This document shows positions 42,530 to 51,229 of a stretch of 64,000 bases of DNA, one piece after another (position 1 is the stretch's first letter; the number at the start of each line of letters is the position of its first letter). The translations under genes were made by a program, and so were the position numbers. The notes under the pieces were generated by a model, which saw nothing but the letters and a program-made list of their open reading frames with translations, was not told the DNA's origin and searched no databases. The stretch is from Candidatus Pacearchaeota archaeon UBA92 (GTDB lineage: Archaea; Nanobdellota; Nanobdellia; Pacearchaeales; GW2011-AR1), in assembly GCA_002497285.1 (NCBI GenBank), contig DANJ01000011.1, forward strand, positions 3,091 through 67,090, read 5' to 3'.

Positions 42530-43792
42530 ATGATAAAAGTAAATAATCAAATACAAACAACGGACATAAGAAAACTTAACCGAGAAGAACGAGGTAAGTT
42601 AATCTTTGAGAATGGAAGGATTAGACAGAAAGATAACTATTGGGTTGTTGATTCTCAAACTTCATTTAAAGCATATAAAGTAAGTTTTAATGGACACAAA
42701 CCAAAATGCACTTGCCCAGATTGTCAAATAAGAAAAGGCAAATGCAAACATATTTTCGCAGTAGAACTTTATATTAAAAGACAAATAGATGAAGAAGGTA
42801 AGATAACAGAAACAAGAGGAGTAAACATAAAACAATATTCTCAAAAATGGTCTGCTTATAATAAATCTCAAACAAACGAAAAGTTAATTTTTATGAAATT
42901 GTTAAAAGATTTATGTGAGAATGTAGAACAGCCAGAATATAAATTTGGTCGTCCAACTTTGCCTTTTAGTGATATGCTCTTTGGCTCTGTAATGAAAGTT
43001 TATACAGGATTTTCATTAAGAAGATTTATGTCTGATATGAAAATTGCCCACGATTACGGATTAGTTGATAATGTGCCTTGTTATTCTTCTCTATCTAATT
43101 TTATGAATAAAGAAGAAGTTAAGTCAATATTGGAAAATCTAATAACAATTAGTTCTCTACCTCTTAAAGAAATTGAAAAAGATTTTGCAGTTGATAGTTC
43201 AGGATTTTCAACTTCAAGATATGCTCGTTGGTTTGATTACAAATGGGGGAAAGAAAGAAAGTATAAAGTTTGGTTAAAAGCACATTTAATTTCAGGAGTT
43301 AAAACTAATGTTATTACAGGAGTTAAGATAACAGAAGGACAGGAAAACGACAGCCCACAATTAAAAGAATTAGTTAAGAAAACGGCAGAGAACTTTGGAA
43401 TTTCAGAAGTAAGCGGAGATAAGGCATACAACAGCCGAGAGAATCTTAAAGTTATTGAAGAAGTTGGTGGAATTCCTTATATTCCTTTCAAAAAGAATGT
43501 TACAGGAAAAAGAGGTGGTTGTTCAATTTGGGGTAAGATGTATCATTATTTTATGTATAAACACGATGAATTTTTAGAACACTATCATAAAAGGTCTAAT
43601 TCAGAAACAATTTTTCATATGATTAAAACAAAATTCAGAGGAGATATTAAAAGCAAAAAGCAGACCGCACAATTTAACGAACTTCTGATTAAAGTTTTAT
43701 GTCATAATGTTTGTGTTGTAATTCAAGAAATAAACGAATTGGGGGTAAAAGCAGAATTTAATCTTGAACAGACAAGAGAAATTTCTGTTTAA
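42530..43792 (+). CDS. DDE transposase (IS4/IS5 superfamily-like) with N-terminal SWIM zinc finger
   Basis: SWIM motif CTCPDCQIRKGKCKHIFAVELY. Candidate DDE residues are in FAVDSSGFS, VSGDKAYNS and RSNSETIFHMIKTKF. The start is taken at MIKVNN. Confidence 0.8.
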   Translation: MIKVNNQIQTTDIRKLNREERGKLIFENGRIRQKDNYWVVDSQTSFKAYKVSFNGHKPKCTCPDCQIRKGKCKHIFAVELYIKRQIDEEGKITETRGVNIKQYSQKWSAYNKSQTNEKLIFMKLLKDLCENVEQPEYKFGRPTLPFSDMLFGSVMKVYTGFSLRRFMSDMKIAHDYGLVDNVPCYSSLSNFMNKEEVKSILENLITISSLPLKEIEKDFAVDSSGFSTSRYARWFDYKWGKERKYKVWLKAHLISGVKTNVITGVKITEGQENDSPQLKELVKKTAENFGISEVSGDKAYNSRENLKVIEEVGGIPYIPFKKNVTGKRGGCSIWGKMYHYFMYKHDEFLEHYHKRSNSETIFHMIKTKFRGDIKSKKQTAQFNELLIKVLCHNVCVVIQEINELGVKAEFNLEQTREISV

Positions 43793-43811
43793 AAAGTATG
43801 GACTGATTAGG

Positions 43812-43828
43812 ACTTATTAAACAAAGCC
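43812..43828. repeat. right terminal inverted repeat ACTTATTAAACAAAGCC
   Basis: Exact reverse complement of 31390-31406. Confidence 0.8.
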
Positions 43829-43837
43829 TATTAGGCA
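43829..43837. repeat. right 9-bp target-site duplication TATTAGGCA (contains the uppP stop codon)
   Basis: Identical to 31381-31389. The uppP TAA is at 43833-43831. Confidence 0.7.
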
Positions 43838-44610
43838 ATACTCAAATAAATCCCAATACTTGCAGCCAATAACAAACAATAAAGTCCAAACCACATAAAA
43901 CTTTTCCTATTTACAAGAATATAATTAAAAATGAGGTGTATAGCTATAATTCCTACAATAAAGCTAGCCAATGCCGCCCAAATCAAATCAGGAGGCAGAG
44001 TATTATTCCCTATGGTGATTAAATTTGCTCCAAAAACCACAGGGATTGAAAGTAAAAATGAAAATTTCATCGCCTCTTTTTCATTTAAGCCAAGCATAAT
44101 TCCAGAGGATATTGTTGACCCGCTTCTTGATATTCCGGGAATAATTGATAAAGCTTGAGCAACCCCAATAAAAAAGGCCCCTCTAAAACCAAGTTTTTCC
44201 TGTTTAACCTTTCCTGGAACACTCGCGATAAGCAAAAACATACCTGTAAGTGCAAACCCTGAAGCTATAATCCCAAGATTAGATAGAACACTGTCAAAAT
44301 AAGATTTAGCAAAAAATCCAAAAAGCGCTGTAGGCAAAGAAGCAATTATAAGTAAAATGCCCATTCTTCCTTTCTCACTCCTAAATTTTCCCCTAAGCAA
44401 TTCTTCAATGATATCAACAATATCTTTTCCAAAATAAACGAAAACAGCCATGAGTGTTCCGAAATGTAAAGCAACATCGAAGATTAATCCAACTTTGTAA
44501 TCGAGTAATCTTTCAACTAAAACTAAATGTCCTGAACTTGAAATAGGCAACCATTCAGTAGATCCCTGTACGATAGCTAAAATGATAGCTGAAAAAAGTT
44601 CGTTTACCAT
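43831..44610 (-). CDS. uppP: undecaprenyl-diphosphate phosphatase (BacA/UppP)
   Basis: GSTEWLPISSSGHL and PGISRSGSTI motifs; polytopic membrane protein. Confidence 0.9.
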   Translation of the reverse strand: MVNELFSAIILAIVQGSTEWLPISSSGHLVLVERLLDYKVGLIFDVALHFGTLMAVFVYFGKDIVDIIEELLRGKFRSEKGRMGILLIIASLPTALFGFFAKSYFDSVLSNLGIIASGFALTGMFLLIASVPGKVKQEKLGFRGAFFIGVAQALSIIPGISRSGSTISSGIMLGLNEKEAMKFSFLLSIPVVFGANLITIGNNTLPPDLIWAALASFIVGIIAIHLIFNYILVNRKSFMWFGLYCLLLAASIGIYLSIA

Positions 44611-44670
44611 GGTTTAGGCAAAAAACTTCTTATTAATAAACTTAATTAGGGTAAAACATAACTAACACTA

Positions 44671-44820
44671 TTAAAAAAAAGAAACAACCCGGCATTTCCA
44701 GCACAAAGGATCCCAAAAACTAAGGAATCCTGTTTCCTCTTGGATTACCAGGTCGTACTTCAAATCAAACAAATTTTTGCAATTCAAACAAACCTCTGCT
44801 AGTTGGAATTTATTTTCCAT
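44671..44820 (-). CDS. possible 49-aa zinc-ribbon mini-protein (below ORF-track cutoff)
   Basis: My own translation is MENKFQLAEVCLNCKNLFDLKYDLVIQEETGFLSFWDPLCWKCRVVSFF, with CxxC...CxxC. TATTTATAT lies ~25-30 nt upstream. Confidence 0.3.
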   Translation of the reverse strand: MENKFQLAEVCLNCKNLFDLKYDLVIQEETGFLSFWDPLCWKCRVVSFF

Positions 44821-44984
44821 ATCAAAAAATAGAAAATCTGATATAAATACTCATAAGCGATTCTAAAGCATCCTTCTCCGGACAATCTTGCTTATATACA
44901 ATAGCACTGAAAAAAGACAAAACATAAACTTATAAGCAGACTCACTGAAAAAGACAACAGGCGTTTACTAAATGTTAGGAGTGA

Positions 44985-45416
44985 CTAAAACCCTCTTCTC
45001 CTACCCATAATCTCCCTATAAACCTCCTGAACTCTCTCTTCAAAATCTTCTTGTCCAACCGGACTTTTAGAAAAAAACTCAAAATTACATCTTCCCCATT
45101 GTTCAGAAAAGTCTCTTGAAGATATTCCAATTACATAAGCAGTTGGCATTAAAGCTCTATCTCTAAGCAAACAGCAAAGCTCATAACCTCTAGGCATGTT
45201 TCTAGAAAAGCCAAGTTGAGTATCACAGACAAACAAGTCTATCCGAGGCGTGCTATGAACTAATCTGTCTAATTCGCTTTCACTTGTAGTTTCTTCAACC
45301 CTGAAACCTGCAATTATTAACTTAGTTGCATAATGAACTGCCCACTGCGCATCATCATCATATACAATAGCAAATGGGGCGTCTGTAAATGAACTCATAA
45401 AAAGAAAGAATATCAA
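44985..45416 (-). CDS. CheY-like receiver-domain protein (stand-alone)
   Basis: IVYDDD, DLFVCDTQLG, VIGISS and FFSK fall at the expected receiver positions. The likely start is MSSFTD (45398). Confidence 0.45.
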   Translation of the reverse strand: MIFFLFMSSFTDAPFAIVYDDDAQWAVHYATKLIIAGFRVEETTSESELDRLVHSTPRIDLFVCDTQLGFSRNMPRGYELCCLLRDRALMPTAYVIGISSRDFSEQWGRCNFEFFSKSPVGQEDFEERVQEVYREIMGRRRGF

Positions 45417-45432
45417 AAATATATAGAGTTTA

Positions 45433-48400
45433 CTATTCTACATATATTCCAGGTCTTCCGGGTTTTACCTTCCCAGATTTCCCAGAAGGATCATATTTAT
45501 TCTTATCATTAACTGCATACACCTTAACCTTTAATCCCATCTTTTCTCCCAATGCATTCTCATCATAACTCTTCAATTCTTGAGGAAGAACATAAAGATA
45601 AATCTTCTCGGCCTTCCCTCCTTTACCTTCAACCAACTTCAAAATCTGCCCAATGTCATTAACTGTCTTCTCCAATGCCTTATCCGCTTCTTCAATCTTG
45701 TCATCAATTTTCTTCTCATCAAACTCGGGCCAAGTAGATAAGGAAACAAAACCTTTCCCTCCAATCTTACTCCACAATTCCTCGGCAATGTGTGGACAGA
45801 AAAGTCCAAACATTTTCAAAAAACTTTCTAAGTCTTTCTTCCCAGCTCCTTCCTTTTCAATAACTCCAAACAATTCTCTTAATTTTATAACTGCAAGATT
45901 ATACTTCATATTTTCAATATCAATTCCAATTGTCCTTATTCCCTTATTCACATAATGTTCCAATTTCTTACTACTCTTTCCTAACTTCAAATCAGAGAAA
46001 TAATCCCAAACTTTCAAAACAAATCTTAAACTTCCCTGTGCTCCTTCCTCGCTCCAGCTGAAATCCTTATCCGGCCCTGCAACAGATACCAAAAACAATC
46101 GGACTCCATCAACCCCATATTTCTTTGCAGCAATTTCAGGAACAATCACATTTCCCAAGGATTTTGACATCTTTTTCCCATCTTCTCCATAAATGAACCC
46201 CTGTGTGAAAAGCCTTTTTGCTGGTTCTCTTACACTTACCAAACCCAAGTCGCTCAAAAACTTTGTATAAAATCTGAAATAGATGTCATGCATCGTCGCA
46301 TGCTCCTTTCCTCCGATATATAGGTCAATAGGCATCCAGTAATCAGCCTTCTTTTTCTCAAATATTTTATTTTTATTTTTAGAATCCAGATATCTTAAGA
46401 AATACCAGCTGCTGTCAACAAAAGTATCCATCGTGTCAGTCTCTCTCCTTCCCATTTTACCGCACTTCCAGCATTTCACATTTACAAAATTATTATTTCC
46501 TTTCAAGGGATTTTCAACACCTTGAAACTTAATATTTTCAGGCAACTTCACTGGCAAATCTTTCTCTCTAACGGGCTGAATTCCGCAATTATCGCAATAG
46601 ATAATTGGAATTGGAGTTCCCCAAAATCTCTGCCTACTTATCAGCCAGTCCCGTAACTTATATGCAACCTTCTTTCTCCCAAGCCCTTTCTCATTCAATG
46701 CAATTGTAATATGTTCCTTTGCCTCTTCAGACGACAAGCCGGAAAATCCCTCGCTATTAATCAACTTGCCATAAACTACATAAGCTTCCTTACTCACATC
46801 ACCTTCAATGACTTGCTTTATCTTTAAACCATACTTCTTAGCAAAATCCCAATCACGGGCATCATGCGCAGGCACACCCATCACAATGCCAGAGCCATAA
46901 TCAGAAACAACAAAATTCCCTGTCCAGATTGGTATTCTTTCCCCTGTCAGAGGATGCTTAGCATAACTGCCTGTAAATACGCCTTCCTTATTCATCCTAT
47001 CCCTGTCTTCATCTTTCGTACTCTTGACCTTCTTCAAAAACGCCTCAACTTCCCTCTTCCTGTCAGACGTAACAAGACTCATCAGTTCAGGATGCTGCGC
47101 AGAAACAACTAAAAATGTAGCGCCAAATAAAGTGTCAACTCGCGTTGTAAATACTTTCCACTTTTTACCAGAAACGATTTCATTTAGTAATTCAGGGAAT
47201 TCTTTTGTCCCCATCTGCCTATCCAAAAAATGTCCTCTTTCATCCAACCTTATTAGTTTAGCACCCAAATCCCTTGCATATTTTTCTGCATTTTCAATCC
47301 TATGCACCTCATCATTCGAAATAAATATTGAAATTTCATCAACATTATCTTTTATCTTTGCATTCAAATTAAAATCGTAAAGCCCAGAATTTAGAACCTT
47401 ATAGGCTTTCTTGTGTTTTCCACCAGGGGCAACTAAAATCAATTTATTGATTTTCTTATTAGTCTCACTTAACCACCGAAGCAAAAAAGCTCCTCCTGCA
47501 GAATGCCCTATTAATATACTTCTCTCATCAATCTGTTTGTTTAGCTTTTCTAGTTCTGCCTTCCACTCATTATACTTAGGTGTGCTTACGTGAGGCATCA
47601 AAGGAACAAAAGTCTTTATTCCTTTTCTTTCTAATTTATCCTTTATCCAAGTTAGCCAATGCCTTTCATTTATAGTCTCTTCTCTACCACTAGCAGCAAA
47701 CCCATGAATAATTATAGCATTAGAAATTTTTTTCTCATCTCCGACCTCAAAATCAACCTCCGTCCCTTCTGACTTCCCGATCCAATTTCTCTGTAAAGTC
47801 TTAATCATCTCAGGCCATTCATCCAGCTTGTCCAAGCCAGAAAGCAATTCATCGGCATAATCCGTAGTCTTTAGAAACCACTGCTCCAATTGTTTTACTT
47901 CAACATTCGTATCTTCATGTCTCCAGCATTTGCCATCAACAACCTGTTCATTCGCCAATACCGTATTGCACTTAGGGCAGAAATTTACGCCCGCTTTCTT
48001 CCTATATGCTAATCCCGATTCAAGCATCTTCAAAAATATCCACTGATCCCATTTATAGTAAGCAGGATCATGGCTCTTCAGCATCCTGTCCCAGTCATAA
48101 GACAGCCCGAAGCCTTTCATCTGTTTTATAAAATTCTTAATGGCCTCATCAGTAAACTTCCTTGGATGGCTCTTGTTTTTTATAGCGGCATTTTCAGCTG
48201 GCAACCCAAAAGAATCAAAGCCCATTGGATGCATTACATTGTATCCTTGCATTCTCTTAAACCTGGCAAAAATATCTCCTATTGTATAGATGAAAGCGTG
48301 CCCCATATGCAACCCAGATCCAGAGGGATAAGGATATTGTTCCAGGACATAAAACTTCTTCTTACCTTTTACATTATCCTTGGCAACAAACGCTTTACCT

Positions 48401-48462
48401 TTCTCCCATTTTCCCTGCCATTTTTTCTCTATTGCCTTAAAATTAATCATCTTCTTAACCAT
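45433..48462 (-). CDS. leuS: leucyl-tRNA synthetase, bacterial type, with inserted YdeN/RBBP9-like serine hydrolase domain
   Basis: PYPSGSGLHMGHAFIYTIGD, MGFDSFGLPAENAAI, Zn motif CPKCNTV...CWRH, CP1 motifs VFTTRVDTLFG and GVPAHDARDWDFAKK, and KMSKS. An extra ~190 aa sits between NWIGKSEGTEVDF and VFTTR. Confidence 0.9.
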   Translation of the reverse strand: MVKKMINFKAIEKKWQGKWEKGKAFVAKDNVKGKKKFYVLEQYPYPSGSGLHMGHAFIYTIGDIFARFKRMQGYNVMHPMGFDSFGLPAENAAIKNKSHPRKFTDEAIKNFIKQMKGFGLSYDWDRMLKSHDPAYYKWDQWIFLKMLESGLAYRKKAGVNFCPKCNTVLANEQVVDGKCWRHEDTNVEVKQLEQWFLKTTDYADELLSGLDKLDEWPEMIKTLQRNWIGKSEGTEVDFEVGDEKKISNAIIIHGFAASGREETINERHWLTWIKDKLERKGIKTFVPLMPHVSTPKYNEWKAELEKLNKQIDERSILIGHSAGGAFLLRWLSETNKKINKLILVAPGGKHKKAYKVLNSGLYDFNLNAKIKDNVDEISIFISNDEVHRIENAEKYARDLGAKLIRLDERGHFLDRQMGTKEFPELLNEIVSGKKWKVFTTRVDTLFGATFLVVSAQHPELMSLVTSDRKREVEAFLKKVKSTKDEDRDRMNKEGVFTGSYAKHPLTGERIPIWTGNFVVSDYGSGIVMGVPAHDARDWDFAKKYGLKIKQVIEGDVSKEAYVVYGKLINSEGFSGLSSEEAKEHITIALNEKGLGRKKVAYKLRDWLISRQRFWGTPIPIIYCDNCGIQPVREKDLPVKLPENIKFQGVENPLKGNNNFVNVKCWKCGKMGRRETDTMDTFVDSSWYFLRYLDSKNKNKIFEKKKADYWMPIDLYIGGKEHATMHDIYFRFYTKFLSDLGLVSVREPAKRLFTQGFIYGEDGKKMSKSLGNVIVPEIAAKKYGVDGVRLFLVSVAGPDKDFSWSEEGAQGSLRFVLKVWDYFSDLKLGKSSKKLEHYVNKGIRTIGIDIENMKYNLAVIKLRELFGVIEKEGAGKKDLESFLKMFGLFCPHIAEELWSKIGGKGFVSLSTWPEFDEKKIDDKIEEADKALEKTVNDIGQILKLVEGKGGKAEKIYLYVLPQELKSYDENALGEKMGLKVKVYAVNDKNKYDPSGKSGKVKPGRPGIYVE
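47161..47733 (-). other. alpha/beta serine-hydrolase domain inserted in LeuRS (about aa 244-434)
   Basis: AIIIHGF, RHWLTWIKDKLERKGIKTFVPLMP, LIGHSAGG (GxSxG), ERGHFLDRQMGTKEFPELL. It is collinear with the product of 48462-49082. Confidence 0.75.
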
Positions 48463-49082
48463 TATTCTAATATTGCCTCCAACAATTCTGGAAATTCTTC
48501 AGTCCCCATATCTTCTAAACAATAATGCCCATTACCTTTTAATTCTACCAATTTTCCTCCAAGGGCATCATGAAAGATTTTAGCACTTTTCTTCCCATCT
48601 TCCTCTTCATCGTCAGAAGTGAATATGGTTATCTTTGCAACATTCTTTTTGATTTCTGGATTTATCTGATAATTATAAAATTTCTTCTTTAATTCTAATC
48701 GTTCTCCTTCGCCATAAGGAATTTTCCAAGGAGCCACCAAAATTAATTTTTTAACCTTCTTGTCAATATCTCCAAGCCACCTTACTAAAAAAGCGGCCCC
48801 ACAACTATGGCCAACCAAAACGGTATCTTCATTAATTTCTAACTTACTAAACCCCTCTTTCCAAATTTCATAATCAGCTCTCCAAGGATTGGGCATATGG
48901 GGTGCTTCTACTTCTATACCGCCCTTCTCCAATTTTTTCTTTACCCAAGGAATCCAGTGTTTATCATAAGTCCTTTCTTCGAGACTCATGGCTTTTTCTT
49001 CATCATAAGGACAACCGTGTAGTATTATCACATTCATACATACATCAAAACCAGCTGAATTATAAAACTTTCCAATCGCCAA
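48462..49082 (-). CDS. YdeN/RBBP9-family serine hydrolase (free-standing paralog of the LeuRS insert)
   Basis: VIILHGC, KHWIPWVKKKLEKGGIEVEAPHMPNP, LVGHSCGAAFLVRWL, GNGHYCLEDMGTEEFPELL. Its TAA overlaps the leuS ATG by 1 nt (TAATG). Confidence 0.75.
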   Translation of the reverse strand: MAIGKFYNSAGFDVCMNVIILHGCPYDEEKAMSLEERTYDKHWIPWVKKKLEKGGIEVEAPHMPNPWRADYEIWKEGFSKLEINEDTVLVGHSCGAAFLVRWLGDIDKKVKKLILVAPWKIPYGEGERLELKKKFYNYQINPEIKKNVAKITIFTSDDEEEDGKKSAKIFHDALGGKLVELKGNGHYCLEDMGTEEFPELLEAILE

Positions 49083-49112
49083 CCTTAAATATCCTAAATC
49101 CTAAATATAACT

Positions 49113-49625
49113 ATGATACAAGCATATATGTCGGGAGACAAAATAACAAGTAATCAGGCGTCCGCATTCTCTCTTCATGAAAAGTCGCACTTCGGAGAAA
49201 AGAAATCGGGAAAAATAGAATACTCTCCAGTTGAAGCCCTCTTCCTACTTAAAGAAGAAAAAATACAAATAACTCAAAATAAAAAGTTAATCTCTGAAGA
49301 GCAGTTAATAAAAAAGCTTAAAAGTAAGGACAAAAGAATAGAACTCAAATTACCCGCATTCTCAGATTTAAGAAAAAAAGGATATGTCCTAAAAACAGCC
49401 CTCAAGTTTGGAGCAGACTTCAGGGTATATGAAAAAGGCATAAAGCCCGGAGAAGATCACGCTCTCTGGCTAATGCAATGCGTGAAAGAATCTGCAACAT
49501 TCACCTGGCAGGATTTTGCAGCCAAAAACCGTGTTGCCCATTCAGCAAGAAAGAACCTGGTAATCGCAATAATTGATGACGAAGACGACGTTACTTATTA
49601 CAAAGTTGAGTGGATGAAACCATAA
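49113..49625 (+). CDS. endA: tRNA-splicing endonuclease
   Basis: VEALFLL, FSDLRKKGYVLKTALKFGADFRVYEKG, HALWLMQCV, VAHSARKNLVIAIIDDEDDVTYY. Confidence 0.85.
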   Translation: MIQAYMSGDKITSNQASAFSLHEKSHFGEKKSGKIEYSPVEALFLLKEEKIQITQNKKLISEEQLIKKLKSKDKRIELKLPAFSDLRKKGYVLKTALKFGADFRVYEKGIKPGEDHALWLMQCVKESATFTWQDFAAKNRVAHSARKNLVIAIIDDEDDVTYYKVEWMKP

Positions 49626-49659
49626 CAATATTAATAAACCTGAACAATATTTCTTCATT

Positions 49660-50646
49660 ATGCCTGATTTACAAAAAGTGGGAGATACAAAAAATAGGAT
49701 TTTATCAATAATTAAAAACAAGGGCCCTTCCTATCCTGCACAGGTATCAAAAGAAGCAGGAGTTTCCCCTTTATTCACTGCAGCGTTCCTTTCAGAACTT
49801 GTAAAAGACAGACAATTAAAAATGAGTAGTATGAAAGTAGGAAGCTCGCCAATTTATTACGCTCCTGGTCAAGAGCCACAATTAGAAAATTTTGTAAAAT
49901 ATTTAAATTCGAAAGAAAGAGAAGCTTTTGAAAAGCTAAAAAACTCAGAGGTGGTAGAAGATTTATCCCAACAACCAGCCATTAGAGTTGCCCTAAGAAA
50001 TATCAATGATTTTGCAGTTCCAATAAACGTCCGTATTGATGGAGAAACAAAACTTTTTTGGAGGCATTTCCAATTCCCTGAATCACAAACAAGAGACAGA
50101 ATTAGAGAACTCTTATCTCCTTCAAATATTATAAGACCAAAACAAAAAGAAACAGTCCTGGTTCAAGTTAAGGAAGAGCCTAAAAAAGAAGAAACTATTC
50201 CAACGCAGACAGAAACTGCAATCAAAGAGACAAAATCACAAATAGAACCTCTGATAAAAGAGACAGAAAGAAAAGTAGAGAAAATAATAGAAAAACCCAT
50301 AAAAATAAAATCTAAAAAAGAAAAAATAATCTCTTCAGAATTTGCAGAGTCTGTAAAAGACTACCTAGCTACAAAAGATGTAGAGATATTAGAAGAAGTA
50401 ATGGTAAAAAAGAAAGAATTTGTGGCAAAAGTCCGCACAGATGAATCCTTTGGCAAACAAGAATTCTACCTCATAGCAAAAGACAAAAAAAAGATTAATC
50501 AGGACGATTTAACCCTAGCAATCCAACATGCCCAGTCTCAAAGAATGCCTGCCCTATTTCTCTCTCCTGGCTCTTTAGACGCCAATGCCTCCTCTTATAT
50601 CCAAGAATGGAAAAATGTAATAAAATTCAACAAGGTTAAGATTTGA
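49660..50646 (+). CDS. winged-helix-like hypothetical protein
   Basis: The N-terminal ILSIIKNKGPSYPAQVSKEAGVSPLFTAAFLSELVKDRQLK looks wHTH-like, followed by a K/E-rich linker. The C-terminal domain is unassigned. Confidence 0.4.
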   Translation: MPDLQKVGDTKNRILSIIKNKGPSYPAQVSKEAGVSPLFTAAFLSELVKDRQLKMSSMKVGSSPIYYAPGQEPQLENFVKYLNSKEREAFEKLKNSEVVEDLSQQPAIRVALRNINDFAVPINVRIDGETKLFWRHFQFPESQTRDRIRELLSPSNIIRPKQKETVLVQVKEEPKKEETIPTQTETAIKETKSQIEPLIKETERKVEKIIEKPIKIKSKKEKIISSEFAESVKDYLATKDVEILEEVMVKKKEFVAKVRTDESFGKQEFYLIAKDKKKINQDDLTLAIQHAQSQRMPALFLSPGSLDANASSYIQEWKNVIKFNKVKI

Positions 50647-50978
50647 TACTAAACTATGGTCCTAAAACAATCTTTCTCATTTTGATAGCCCTAGCAGTTG
50701 TCCTAGAAGTAACAGGCGACATATATTTCAAAAAATACTCAATAGAAAATAAAAATGTTCTACTTTTTATAGGATTAATAGTTTACTTCTTAGGCTCTAT
50801 CTTTTGGGCAATATCCCTAAAATACGAGCTATTGTCAAAATCAATAACCCTATTTACAATACTCAACCTAATTATCGTTTTAGCTGTAGGTGTACTAATT
50901 TTTAATGAACAAATATCCGATATAAATAAAATTGGAATAGTGCTAGGAATAATAAGTGTGGCACTTATGGAGATATAA
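50643..50978 (+). CDS. SMR/DMT-type small 4-TM transporter
   Basis: 111 aa, four TM helices, with a membrane-embedded Glu in TM1 (VVLEVTGDIYFK). Confidence 0.5.
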   Translation: MILNYGPKTIFLILIALAVVLEVTGDIYFKKYSIENKNVLLFIGLIVYFLGSIFWAISLKYELLSKSITLFTILNLIIVLAVGVLIFNEQISDINKIGIVLGIISVALMEI

Positions 50979-51016
50979 CTCGCAAAGTTTAAATACCACA
51001 TTTTCAAACTCTAAAC

Positions 51017-51229
51017 ATGGGAAAAATAAAATCAGCTATGATAAAGAGAGCAGCTCATCAGATGATGAAAGAAGAGAATACATTCACAACAGAGTTTAAT
51101 ACAAATAAGAAACTCTTAGGCGACACTATGCCGAGCAAGAAAAACAGAAACAAGATAGCTGGCTATATAGCTAGACTAAAGAGAGTAGAAAAAAGAAAAA
51201 AAATAATCGTAGCTGCTAAAGATGATTGA
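51017..51229 (+). CDS. rps17e: ribosomal protein eS17
   Basis: The MGKIKSAMIKRAAHQMMKEENTFTTEFNTNKK pattern of S17e. Confidence 0.75.
   Translation: MGKIKSAMIKRAAHQMMKEENTFTTEFNTNKKLLGDTMPSKKNRNKIAGYIARLKRVEKRKKIIVAAKDD

Larger units (their letters stand above)
31390..43828. mobile_element. 12,439-bp cargo-carrying unit transposon (17-bp perfect TIRs, 9-bp TSD, SWIM+DDE transposase at right end)
   Basis: The TIR/TSD geometry was read directly from the sequence. The transposase ends 19 bp inside the right TIR. Spot GC counts of 60-nt lines give 23-27% inside the 33-40 kb region, versus mostly 33-50% (one line ~23%) in flanking genes. Confidence 0.7.

Noticed and set aside
31379-43837. Integrase-type attL/attR interpretation: an 11-bp direct repeat CCTATTAGGCA, with the two 17-mers forming a hairpin attP in a circular form.
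   Set aside because: There is no tyrosine or serine recombinase in or near the segment. The same bases are explained more simply as 17-bp TIRs plus a 9-bp TSD of the resident DDE transposase. The extra CC match is the end of the TIR.
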